Source of the DNA: Hyphomicrobiales bacterium
GTDB taxonomy: Bacteria; Pseudomonadota; Alphaproteobacteria; Rhizobiales; CAJQND01
Direction: 5' to 3'
Assembly (NCBI GenBank): GCA_028285595.1
Contig: JANQOW010000048.1
Coordinates: 25,495 to 89,494, forward strand
Length of the DNA stretch: 64,000 bases
Under the pieces are notes generated by a model. The model was not told where the DNA came from, ran no database searches, and saw nothing but the letters and a program-made list of their open reading frames with translations. Both the position numbers and the translations under genes were made by a program. This document shows, in pieces, positions 47,201 to 55,638 of the stretch; positions within the stretch are counted from its first letter, which is position 1, and the number at the start of each line of letters is the position of its first letter.

Positions 47201-48447
47201 GAGTTAACCCAGCCCTGGCGGTCGCGATCGCCAATGATGTGCTCACCGGCGGACTTGGCCGCGATACCTTTGAGTTCCGCGCTTTGCTGAATGCCAAAGA
47301 GGAGATTTTAGAGGAGTACACCCGCGAAGATGGCCGGGTGAACTGGCGTGGGGTGGCCGGTGAGAATGATGAGGTTCACCAGCACTGGGTTGAAGGTTGG
47401 GGTGATGACATCATCACAGACTATTCCCAGGCTGAGGGCGATAAGATCATCATCCGCGGTCACACGGTCGAGGTGGCCAGCATCGAATATGGTGCAGATG
47501 ACGGCGGTGAATTCTCTCTCATCACGGTGATCAGCCAACAGGGAGACGGCGGGGCCGGTGGCTTCAACACCGCAACCGGTGCGCATGACGAGGACCCGCT
47601 CGGCACCATCAAAGTCTATGGCGACAAAGTCACCGAAGCCGATCTTCAAGTGAAGGCAGCCAATATCTTCGACGGTATCGACCAGTTGGCCCAGGCAGAT
47701 ACGCTTGCGGCCTATAACGGCGGCACCCAGGAGTTCGGTAGCCGCGTTGACGGGACCGAGATCGTGACCTCCGAAGCATCGGCAAGCACCCGCGATCTGG
47801 TGAAGGTGGGCGAGGGCGCACAGACCGTCAACGCCGGGGCGGGCCGCGACACCATCGTCATCTACTCAGATGGCGGTGAGCCTGACCCCGCGCAGACCGA
47901 CGGTGCTGAAGGCCGGGTCACCCCGTCGGTTCCTCCAGCGTCCTCCGCTGATATTATCAGCGGCGGGCAGGGGCGTGACACGTTCCTCTTCAACCTGCTT
48001 CTGGATGCCAAACAGGAGATCTTGGACAAGCATACCCGAGACGATGGCAGTGTGAACTGGCGCCGGATCGCCGGGGAGAATGATGATGTGCACGACCATT
48101 GGGTGCGCGCCATCGGGAACGACGTGATCTTGGACTACTCAAATCAAGACCGCGACCAGATCATTCTCAGAGGTCATACGGTTGAGGTTGCCGCTATCGA
48201 GTATGGAGAAGATGACGGCGGCGATTATTCGCTGATCATTCTGCGCTCGCAGCAAGGCGACAATGGCGGTGCTCATGATGAGGACCCGCTTGGCTCTATC
48301 CGGGTTTACGGCGATCGGGTGGAAGAAGGCGACCTGAAGGTTCAGTCCCGCGTGTTCGACGGTGTCGATAAGCTCGACGGCATCATGAACACCGGATTGG
48401 CCGACGAACTCGTGCCGCTTGTCTTTACCGAAGACCTCATCGCCTAG
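44233..48447 (+). CDS. giant acidic repeat protein, 6 modules of ~234 aa, each with one RTX-like GGxGxD motif
   Basis: 1404-aa ORF with a gagaggga RBS. The GEPDPAQT codon run recurs at 44350, 45064, 45754, 46468, 47161 and 47875. Motifs include GGAGGDIFEF, GGQGADLFAF and GGSGRDIFEF. No N-terminal signal peptide. Confidence 0.85.
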   Translation: MFDDEFTGSEKGDTFKLGSGRQSVEGSSGRDRIISYGDAGEPDPAQTDGAQGRYGPALPEGSGDDEVSGGAGGDIFEFRALLNATDEVKAQHTGKNGAVNWRGVAGENDDVHGHWVEGFGNDTVLDYSKEDGDQIIIRGHTVEIASITYGEDAGGSYSLITVISQQGDGGAGGANTQTGAHDEDPLGTVKVYGDKVTEADVDVQAAGVFDGVDQLAEANKLADYNGGSQQFGSRIDGETIETAPADIETKDTITIGEGAQTVIAGAGRDILVSYSDDGEPDPAQTNGADGRVNPPVAEGEANDVLIGGQGADLFAFKLLLDAKQEILDKHTRDDGTVNWRKVAGENENVHDHWVQGIGDDMIKDFSNQDGDKILIRGHTVEIQAIEYGEDDGGDYSLIILRSQQGDNGGAHDEDPLGSIKVYGDKVTEDQIKLQAAGVFDGADKLDQIEQTPNAPIAEPEVASEPAGNLGGQEFEGSNRGNTIVLGSGQQTADGNAGSDRIISYGDAGEPDPAQTEGAEGRVTPPIPDGSANDILTGGSGRDIFEFRALLNAKAEVIAEHTNKNGSVNWRKVAGENDDVHNHWVQGFGDDIITDYTKADGDKIIIRGHTVEITDITYGEDEGGSYSLIRVISQQGDGGAGGANTATGAHDEDPLGSVKVYGDKVTEKDIKVQAAGVFDGVDQLVQADKLADYNGGSQSFGSRTDGEEIETAPDALKTKDYIRLGEGAQTVDAGAGNDTIVIYSDAGEPDPAQTEGAAGRVNPPVDPSTVNDVVSGGQGRDIFKFNLLLDATDEVKAQHTRSDGSVNWRGVAGENDDVHSHWVQGIGQDVIKDFSNQDGDQIIVRGHTVEIADITYGEDENGDYSLIILRSQQGDGGAGGANTQTGAHDEDPLGSIMVYGDKVTENDIKVQAAGVFDGVDKLETITSDVQGPVTAGVTPSSGSYTGTERSDLIIAGSGQQTVNGGRGSDRIISFGDGGEPDPAQTEGSKGRVNPALAVAIANDVLTGGLGRDTFEFRALLNAKEEILEEYTREDGRVNWRGVAGENDEVHQHWVEGWGDDIITDYSQAEGDKIIIRGHTVEVASIEYGADDGGEFSLITVISQQGDGGAGGFNTATGAHDEDPLGTIKVYGDKVTEADLQVKAANIFDGIDQLAQADTLAAYNGGTQEFGSRVDGTEIVTSEASASTRDLVKVGEGAQTVNAGAGRDTIVIYSDGGEPDPAQTDGAEGRVTPSVPPASSADIISGGQGRDTFLFNLLLDAKQEILDKHTRDDGSVNWRRIAGENDDVHDHWVRAIGNDVILDYSNQDRDQIILRGHTVEVAAIEYGEDDGGDYSLIILRSQQGDNGGAHDEDPLGSIRVYGDRVEEGDLKVQSRVFDGVDKLDGIMNTGLADELVPLVFTEDLIA

Positions 48448-48464
48448 GCGGAACACTTGCGAAA

Positions 48465-48496
48465 GGCGCTGGATCCCGTCATCGGGGTCCAGCGCC
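48465..48496. terminator. hairpin between convergent genes (possible bidirectional terminator)
   Basis: ggcgctggatccc-gtcatc-ggggtccagcgcc, a 13-bp stem with one mismatch. There is no clear U-tract. Confidence 0.4.
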
Positions 48497-48502
48497 CTCA
48501 GA

Positions 48503-49354
48503 TCACAGACGCACGCCTTTTTTGCCCGCCAGATCCTGGACAAACTGCCAGGCGACCCGCCCGGACCGTGAGCCCCGCGTGGTTGACCATTCGACAGCGC
48601 CGGCCCTGAGCTCCTCGTCCGAAACGCTCATGCCATAGTGATCCACATAGCCACGGATCATCTCGAAGAACTCGTCTTGAGAGCAGTTGTGGAAGCCAAG
48701 CCACAAGCCGAAGCGATCTGACAACGAGACCTTCTCCTGCACCGCCTCTGACGGGTTGATGGCGGTGGAGCGTTCATTCTCGATCATATCTCGGGGCAGA
48801 AGATGCCGCCGGTTGGACGTGGCGTAAAACAGCATATTGTCCGGGCGGCCTTCGATGCCGCCCTCCAGCGCAGCCTTCAGCGATTTGTAGCTGGTATCGT
48901 CATGGTCAAAGGACAGGTCATCGCAAAAGACGATAAAGCGGCAATCGGTGTGCGTCCGCACGATGGTCATGAGCGTGGGCAGGCTCTCAATATCCTCCCG
49001 GTGGATCTCCACCAGCTTAAGGGCCGCTCCACCGGCGCTGACGTCGTTGTGGCAGGCCTTAACCAGGGAACTCTTGCCCATGCCTCGCGCGCCCCACAAC
49101 AGGGCGTTGTTCGCCGGGAGGCCCGAGGCAAACCGCTCGGTGTTCTCCAGCAACTGATCGCGCACCCGGTCGATGCCCTTCAGCAGGTTCATTTCCACCC
49201 GATTGACGGCGGGCACGGGCTGCAATGTGCCTGAGGACTGCCACACAAAGGCGCTGGCCGCATCCAAGTCGGGAACTTCAGGGGCAGGGGGGGCGAGGCG
49301 GTCTAAGGCAGCCGCGATCTGTTTCAGCACATCTAGGGTGGCAGCATCGGTCAT
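48503..49354 (-). CDS. ATP-binding protein, DUF815 (AAA-like)
   Basis: LLWGARGMGKSSLVKA Walker A and FIVFCDDLSF Walker B-like. 283 aa. Confidence 0.8.
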   Translation of the reverse strand: MTDAATLDVLKQIAAALDRLAPPAPEVPDLDAASAFVWQSSGTLQPVPAVNRVEMNLLKGIDRVRDQLLENTERFASGLPANNALLWGARGMGKSSLVKACHNDVSAGGAALKLVEIHREDIESLPTLMTIVRTHTDCRFIVFCDDLSFDHDDTSYKSLKAALEGGIEGRPDNMLFYATSNRRHLLPRDMIENERSTAINPSEAVQEKVSLSDRFGLWLGFHNCSQDEFFEMIRGYVDHYGMSVSDEELRAGAVEWSTTRGSRSGRVAWQFVQDLAGKKGVRL

Positions 49355-49442
49355 CTGGAGGGGTACTCATGGGTCAGTTGGACGTCACCGCAGTGGATAG
49401 CGCTTGCAAGGCGGCGCATCAAGCGCCAGCCTGCGCGAGGCC

Positions 49443-49784
49443 TTAGCGCTCAACCGTGATGCAGGTGATGGCACCGTCTTCAGCAAACCAGATACGCTCA
49501 ATCCCCTCACTTGTCCGGCCGCCAAGCGAGATCGCGAAGGCAAACTCCACGCAGTCTTCAGTCACTAGAGCGTAATCGGCCACGGACCAATGAACATCGG
49601 GATTGGCGGCGAAAAACGTGGTCATCATGGAAATTACTGCGCCCTTGCCACTGTAGTCGCCCACGCCGGTGGAAACATACCGGCAGTCCTCATCCAGCAT
49701 GGGTTCAATGGCGCTGATATCTTTTGCGTTCGATGCCGCCACATAGGCGGCCGCTCTTGAGATGAAGTCTGACTGATCGCGCAT
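49443..49784 (-). CDS. SnoaL/NTF2-like small protein
   Basis: 113 aa from MRDQSDF. The length and the ISAIEPMLDEDCRY...IERIWF pattern fit the family. The upstream extension of the ORF is unconvincing. Confidence 0.55.
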   Translation of the reverse strand: MRDQSDFISRAAAYVAASNAKDISAIEPMLDEDCRYVSTGVGDYSGKGAVISMMTTFFAANPDVHWSVADYALVTEDCVEFAFAISLGGRTSEGIERIWFAEDGAITCITVER

Positions 49785-50029
49785 TGGGTCCCGTTCCGGC
49801 GAAGAATTTGAGAGCTGAACGTCAGCTCCTTTATACCACAGCTTGCCGGAACCGATGGTGTATCGAGCTGGACGCTTGATGGCCTTCCGCGTGCTTTTCA
49901 TGCCACACCCTTGCGCCCAACTTGCGAATGTCATATTGCAAACCGCCTAGCGAAGGCTATATTCCGCTCCATTCTTAGGAAGCGGACCATATGCGCCGCC
50001 TATACGGTTCTGTTTAAAGGATTTCTCAC

Positions 50030-50362
50030 ATGTTCATCAGTCCAGCCTATGCTCAAGCTGCCGGTGGCGGCGGCGATATGATCGGCTTCCTGCTGCCCTT
50101 GGTGGCGATGATCGGTATCTTCTATTTTCTGGTCATGCGGCCTCAGCAGAAACGCATGAAGGCTCACCAGGAAATGGTTTCCAATTTGAAGCGTGGCGAC
50201 ACGGTTGTGACCAATGGGGGCTTGATCGGCAAGGTGAAGAAGATTGTCGACGAACGCGAAGCCATGGTGGAGTTTTCCGAAGGGGTATCCATCAAGGTGA
50301 TGAAGGACATGATTGCCACCGTGCGGGTGAAGGGCGAACCCGCTGCGGACGATAACAAGTAA
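50030..50362 (+). CDS. yajC: preprotein translocase subunit YajC
   Basis: FLLPLVAMIGIFYFLVMRPQQKRMKAHQEM...GDTVVTNGGLIGKV. Confidence 0.95.
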   Translation: MFISPAYAQAAGGGGDMIGFLLPLVAMIGIFYFLVMRPQQKRMKAHQEMVSNLKRGDTVVTNGGLIGKVKKIVDEREAMVEFSEGVSIKVMKDMIATVRVKGEPAADDNK

Positions 50363-50402
50363 GCCGACTTAACTCCCACTCGCCTGGAACGGATCTGGCT
50401 GA

Positions 50403-52070
50403 ATGCTCCATTTTGCGACTTGGAAGAAGGCTCTTATCGCGGTTGTCTGCATAACAGGCATCTTGATGGCCTTGCCGAACGTCTATTCTGATAGTTTCCG
50501 AAAGAGCGTCGAGAACTTCTTGCCCTCATCGCAACTCAGTTTGGGGCTTGACCTTCGGGGCGGCTCCTATCTGTTGTTGGAGATTGATCAGAAGTCACTG
50601 ATTGAAGGCCAGGAACGCACCGTGGCGGGCCGCACCCGCCGCGTGAACGGCATGATCCAGCGGGTGACGGGCGATACCCGGTCCAAGTTGCGTGAGTTCA
50701 AGATCGGCTACCAGAACCTCAAAGGCGCAGGCCGGGTGGCAACGGTCCGCATCAGAAAGCCCGAGCAGGTTGCCGAAGCCCTGACGCAACTGCGCACCTT
50801 GGCCGAGCCTGTGGATCAGGGGATCTTTGCCTCCGGCACGTCGGCGCTCACGCTTGATGTGAGCGAGAGCGGCGGGCAGATCCGCCTTGAGATTACCGAT
50901 GAAGCGGTCGAAGCGCGCACCGAGCGTGCCTTGCAGCAGTCTTTGGAAGTGGTGCGCAAGCGTATCGACCCGGATGGCACGACGGAACCGATCATCCAGC
51001 GCCAGGGGCTGAACCGCATTTTGGTGCAGGTGCCGGGCCTGGATTCGCCTGAGGCACTTAAGGGTCGCCTTGGGTCCACGGCCAATCTCTCGTTCCAGTT
51101 GCTCTGCCCGCAACAGCCCCAGGGGGATATTTCTCAGTTCCGGCCTGAGCCGGGCTGTGAGCTGGTGCCGGAAAACACCCTCGATGGTGCCGAGCCAAGC
51201 ATTTATTACTCCGTGCACACGTCCAGTAACCGCCGGGTGGACGGTGAGGATCTGGAAGATGCACAAGCTGCATTCGACCAGCAAACCAACGAACCGATCG
51301 TCACGTTCCGCCTGAACACCCGCGGTGCCAAGCGCTTCGGCATCCTGACCCAGCGCAATGTGGGACAGCCGTTTGCCATCGTCCTCGACAACAAGGTGAT
51401 GAGCGCGCCGGTGATCCGCGAACCGATCCTCGGCGGTACCGGGCAAATCAGCGGCAACTTCTCGGTGCCTGAAACCAACGATCTGGCCATCGTGCTGCGC
51501 TCCGGCGCGCTGCCGGCAAAGCTGGTGATCGTGGAGGAGCGCAGCGTCGGGCCCAGCCTGGGCGCAGACTCCGTGGCCGCCGGCCGGGTGGCTGCGGTCA
51601 TTGGCCTGACGGGGGTCATTATCTTCATCATCGCCAGCTATGGCTTGTTTGGCATCTTTGCCAATATCGCCCTGCTTGTGAACATCGCGCTGATCTTCGG
51701 CGTTCTCTCCTTTATCGGTGCAACGCTGACCCTGCCAGGTATTGCCGGGATCGTGTTGACCATCGGTATGGCGGTGGATGCCAACGTGCTCATATTTGAG
51801 CGAATACGCGAGGAGATACGCCAGGGACGATCGCCGCTCAATGCAATCGATACGGGCTATTCACGCGCGCTTGGCACGATCTTGGACGCCAACATCACCA
51901 CATTCATCGCCGCTGTGATCCTTTATGGCCTGGGCTCCGGCCCTATTCGCGGGTTTGCCGTCACGCTTGGTTTCGGCATTCTCACGTCAGTGTTCACCGC
52001 ATTCACCGTCACCCGCCTGTTCGTCGCCCTTTGGGTGGAACGGGCGAGGCCAAAAGAGCTGCCGATCTAA
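50403..52070 (+). CDS. secD: protein translocase subunit SecD
   Basis: 555 aa. LGLDLRGGSYLLLE, a periplasmic domain, then 5 C-terminal TM segments with GIAGIVLTIGMAVDANVLIFERIREE. Confidence 0.95.
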   Translation: MLHFATWKKALIAVVCITGILMALPNVYSDSFRKSVENFLPSSQLSLGLDLRGGSYLLLEIDQKSLIEGQERTVAGRTRRVNGMIQRVTGDTRSKLREFKIGYQNLKGAGRVATVRIRKPEQVAEALTQLRTLAEPVDQGIFASGTSALTLDVSESGGQIRLEITDEAVEARTERALQQSLEVVRKRIDPDGTTEPIIQRQGLNRILVQVPGLDSPEALKGRLGSTANLSFQLLCPQQPQGDISQFRPEPGCELVPENTLDGAEPSIYYSVHTSSNRRVDGEDLEDAQAAFDQQTNEPIVTFRLNTRGAKRFGILTQRNVGQPFAIVLDNKVMSAPVIREPILGGTGQISGNFSVPETNDLAIVLRSGALPAKLVIVEERSVGPSLGADSVAAGRVAAVIGLTGVIIFIIASYGLFGIFANIALLVNIALIFGVLSFIGATLTLPGIAGIVLTIGMAVDANVLIFERIREEIRQGRSPLNAIDTGYSRALGTILDANITTFIAAVILYGLGSGPIRGFAVTLGFGILTSVFTAFTVTRLFVALWVERARPKELPI

Positions 52071-52085
52071 GGGCTTGATGTACCA

Positions 52086-53015
52086 ATGAAACTCTTAAAG
52101 CTGGTCCCTGCAAACACTCAGATCCCGTTCTTGCGGTTCGCGCGTATGGCCGTCTTTGCGTCCATCGCGGCGTTTATCGGCTCCATCATCTTGTTCTTTG
52201 CAGTTGGTCTGAACCTGGGCATCGATTTCAGGGGCGGAACGCTCATTCAAATCCAAACGCAAGGTCCGGCCAATATCGGCCAATTGCGCGACCAGGTCGG
52301 CGGTTTGGGTTTGGGCGATGTCCAAATTCAGGAATTCGGCGCTGCAGATGAAGTGTTGATCCGGGTGGAGCAGCAAGCCGGCGGCGAAGAGGCCCAGCAG
52401 GGCGCGATCGAGAAGATCAAAGAGGCGCTTGGCTCCTCGGTGACCTACCGGCGGACCGAGGTTGTGGGGCCAACCGTTTCAGGCGAGTTGGCGCGCGACG
52501 GCACCATTGCCGTTGTGGCTGCGATTATCGCAATCCTGATCTATATCTGGTTCCGGTTTGAATGGCAGTTTGCGGTCGGTGCGGTGGTTGCATTGGTCCA
52601 CGACGTGGGACTGACTATCGGTATTTTCACGATATTGCAGCTACAGTTCGACCTTTCCACCATCGCGGCCTTGCTGACCATTGTGGGGTATTCGTTGAAC
52701 GATACGGTGGTGGTGTATGACCGGGTCAGGGAGAATTTACGCAAGTACAAGCGAAAGCCGATTGACGACCTTTTGAGCCAATCGATCAACGACACCCTGT
52801 CCCGTACAGTCCTGACCTCCGTCACCACGCTCCTCGCGTTGTTCGCACTTTATACGTTCGGCGGCGAAGTGATCCGCGGATTTGTCTTTGCGATGATCTG
52901 GGGCGTGCTGATCGGGACCTATTCGTCCATCGCGATCGCCTCGCCGGTGCTGATGTATCTTGGCGTCAAGCGCGACTGGTCCGAAGATGCGGCAGAAGAG
53001 CGTGCCGCGGGTTAG
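52086..53015 (+). CDS. secF: protein translocase subunit SecF
   Basis: GIDFRGGTLIQ and TIVGYSLNDTVVVYDRVRENL. Confidence 0.95.
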   Translation: MKLLKLVPANTQIPFLRFARMAVFASIAAFIGSIILFFAVGLNLGIDFRGGTLIQIQTQGPANIGQLRDQVGGLGLGDVQIQEFGAADEVLIRVEQQAGGEEAQQGAIEKIKEALGSSVTYRRTEVVGPTVSGELARDGTIAVVAAIIAILIYIWFRFEWQFAVGAVVALVHDVGLTIGIFTILQLQFDLSTIAALLTIVGYSLNDTVVVYDRVRENLRKYKRKPIDDLLSQSINDTLSRTVLTSVTTLLALFALYTFGGEVIRGFVFAMIWGVLIGTYSSIAIASPVLMYLGVKRDWSEDAAEERAAG

Positions 53016-53218
53016 TTCTGGCCGTTTAGGTTACCTTATCGTGAATTGAGGTGGTCGTACTTTGAGCATCCGCGTTTAGATGCTGGTCATGTTATTTTGT
53101 TACATGTCTCATAATTGTCAGCGTTTCTCACGAATGCGCGAAACGCTATTGCTGACCTCTTGTTGAGAGAGTGCGTGGACGAGCCAGAATCTGGTTCAGA
53201 TGATTGAGGACAGTTGAA

Positions 53219-53503
53219 ATGAAGCAAGCGGTTCAAACCGACCCATCTAACCGCCGCGGAGCCTCCAGAGCCGAATATCATACGGCCGGAACGATCAAAT
53301 CGGTGGTCCGCAACGCCGAGCTTTCCTGCGTTGTCGAAGATCTTTCCAAAACCGGAGCCCGACTCCAGGTGCAGAACGTCAATCACATCCCCGATACCTT
53401 CGTGCTGTCGATCACCGGCTCCACGTTCTCCGCAGAGTGTATCGTGGTTTGGCGCTCGAAATCAGAGGTCGGTGTGATCTTCGAAACGGCTCCGGTGTAC
53501 TGA
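53219..53503 (+). CDS. PilZ domain protein
   Basis: RRGASR (RxxxR) and DLSKTGARL (D.S..G), the c-di-GMP-binding PilZ motifs. 94 aa. Confidence 0.75.
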   Translation: MKQAVQTDPSNRRGASRAEYHTAGTIKSVVRNAELSCVVEDLSKTGARLQVQNVNHIPDTFVLSITGSTFSAECIVVWRSKSEVGVIFETAPVY

Positions 53504-53613
53504 CCGGCGCACTTCGCCGCCAATTCAAGTTCCCACTGGATTGCTCATCACCCGGGCGCTATGTACTGGCGCACCGGGTTAAGCTGTTGACGGCCAGCGA
53601 AAGGGCGCATGAC

Positions 53614-54018
53614 ATGGTGCAGGAGGCCGAGAGCCCGTTTTTTCCAGGACGGGCGCCGATTGACGCCTATGGAAACGGCGGTTTCCGCTTTGCGGAGATG
53701 TCGCACCGCGGATCAATTTTATGTTTGCCCAGCGGGATTTATGCCTGGCCGGTCTTGCGCTTTGAAGACTTAAGCATATCTGACTTTAATCGTGTATTCC
53801 AAGAAGCGGGCGATATAGAGTTTGTCCTCTTGGGATGCGGAGACGGGCTGATGCGCCCTGCACGTGAAGTTCGGGACGCCTTCAAGGATCATGGCACAGG
53901 ACTCGAAACAATGGGAACCGGGGCCGCCGCCCGGACCTACAACGTCCTCCTCGGCGAGCGACGCGCCGTCGCAGCCGCCCTCATCGCCGTCGCAAACCCC
54001 TCCGACAGCCGAACTTGA
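53614..54018 (+). CDS. Mth938 domain (DUF498, NDUFAF3-like) protein
   Basis: PIDAYGNGGFRFAEMSHRGSILCLPSG...FVLLGCG...LETMGTGAAARTYNVL. Confidence 0.8.
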   Translation: MVQEAESPFFPGRAPIDAYGNGGFRFAEMSHRGSILCLPSGIYAWPVLRFEDLSISDFNRVFQEAGDIEFVLLGCGDGLMRPAREVRDAFKDHGTGLETMGTGAAARTYNVLLGERRAVAAALIAVANPSDSRT

Positions 54019-54862
54019 TACCACCAAGGACGACCTGGACTATTGCAGCCATCTGGTGCGCCAATTCGACCGCGACAGATACCTGGCCGCCCAGTTTGCG
54101 CCAAAGCCCCTAAGGGGCGCTCTGTTGGGGCTCTACGCGTTCAACGTGGAATTGGGGCTGATCCGCGAGAACGTGACTGATCCCCATTTTGGAGAAATGC
54201 GATTGCAGTGGTGGCGCGACACCATCTCCCAGATCTATCGGGCAGAGAGCCTTGATAATCCGGTGGCACGGTCTTTGTCTGACGCGGTGATGGTGGGACG
54301 GCTCTCCAAGGAGGGTCTGATGAACATGATCGAGGCCAGAACGTTCGACCTTTATGACGATCCCATGCCCACCATGAACGATCTGGAGGGGTATCTGGGG
54401 GAAACATCGTCCGCCTTGATCCTTATGGCGTCGCTGGTGTTGACCCATGGCGAGGGAGAGGCGTGTGCGGAAGCGGCAGGCTATGCCGGCATTGCCTACG
54501 GGCTGACCGGCCTCATGCGCTCGTTGAACTATCACCTTTCCCAAGGCCAATGCTTCTTCCCCTTGGATGAGCTTGCCCGCTGGGAGTTCACGCCCGAGAC
54601 CTTAAAGGAGGGCGGAGAAGCGCTGCCCCTCATGCTGCGCAGTCTGTGCACACACGTGACGAAGCGCCAGCAAGATGCCCGAATGCGCCTGTCCACGGTC
54701 CCGACCCAAGCCATCCCGGCCTTCTTGCCGGCGAGCTTGGTGGACCTTTACCTGCCAAAGATCAGGGCGGCGGGACCGAAGCTGATCCATCACGTGCCGG
54801 AGGTGGCTCAGTTGAGGCGCCAATGGCATATGCTACGCTGCGCCATGCGGGAAGATTTCTAA
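53891..54862 (+). CDS. squalene/phytoene synthase family (NDUFAF6-like) protein; start uncertain
   Basis: YCSHLVRQFDRDRYLAAQFAP...LYAFNVELGLIRE...MRLQWWRD. The only ATG upstream of the conserved part is 53891, inside the preceding gene. Confidence 0.7.
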   Translation: MAQDSKQWEPGPPPGPTTSSSASDAPSQPPSSPSQTPPTAELDTTKDDLDYCSHLVRQFDRDRYLAAQFAPKPLRGALLGLYAFNVELGLIRENVTDPHFGEMRLQWWRDTISQIYRAESLDNPVARSLSDAVMVGRLSKEGLMNMIEARTFDLYDDPMPTMNDLEGYLGETSSALILMASLVLTHGEGEACAEAAGYAGIAYGLTGLMRSLNYHLSQGQCFFPLDELARWEFTPETLKEGGEALPLMLRSLCTHVTKRQQDARMRLSTVPTQAIPAFLPASLVDLYLPKIRAAGPKLIHHVPEVAQLRRQWHMLRCAMREDF

Positions 54863-54891
54863 CCGCCGAGACCGGCTTTGGTGACAGAAAG

Positions 54892-55638
54892 ATGCGCAAG
54901 CTCTTCGTGTTCGGCATATCCCACTATTGCGAAAAGGCCCGCTGGGCGCTGGATTGGCACGGGCTCGCCTATGACGAAGTGAACTGGCCGCCGGGACCTC
55001 ACATGGTTCTGGCGAAGCGCTTGGGCGCCAAGCGCTCATCCGTGCCGATCCTTAAAGACGGTCACACTCTGATCCAGGGCAGCGACAAGATCACCGACTG
55101 GGCAGACGCTCAAGCAAAGGGGAGAGCTCCCGGTCTCACCACGCCTGATGCGCGCGCCTTGGAGGAAAGGGCGGACAAAGCCATTGGGGTTAATGCCCGG
55201 CGCCTGACCTATGCGGAATGCCTCCAAACCCACCCGCATGTGGTGAAACCGGCCTTGTTTCACAATCTGAAGCCTCTGCATTGCTTTGCGGCCAATCTGA
55301 TGTGGCCGATCACACGGCGTGCCATGATCAAAGGCTACAAGCTCTCAGGTAATGCGGCTGAAGAGAGCCGCGCGCGGATCGAGGCGGAGTTGGATTGGCT
55401 TGACGGGTGTCTTGAAGATGGCCGCCCGTATCTCACGGGCGACCGGTTTACCCGGGCAGATATTGCCGTGGCCAGTCTATTGTCTCCATTTGTGCGGCCC
55501 GATGCCTTGCCGCTTTATCAGCGCATGAATTTTCCGCCCGCCCTGGCGGCAGATCTGGCGCGCTGGCAGGCGCGCCCGGTTGTGACCTGGGCGACCCGGC
55601 TCTATGCGGAGCAGCGGACAGGTGAGGCGGCCGGCTAA
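54892..55638 (+). CDS. glutathione S-transferase family protein
   Basis: MRKLFVFGISHYCEKARWALDWHGLAYDE (thioredoxin-like N-terminal domain) and YLTGDRFTRADIAVASLL (C-terminal domain). Confidence 0.7.
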   Translation: MRKLFVFGISHYCEKARWALDWHGLAYDEVNWPPGPHMVLAKRLGAKRSSVPILKDGHTLIQGSDKITDWADAQAKGRAPGLTTPDARALEERADKAIGVNARRLTYAECLQTHPHVVKPALFHNLKPLHCFAANLMWPITRRAMIKGYKLSGNAAEESRARIEAELDWLDGCLEDGRPYLTGDRFTRADIAVASLLSPFVRPDALPLYQRMNFPPALAADLARWQARPVVTWATRLYAEQRTGEAAG

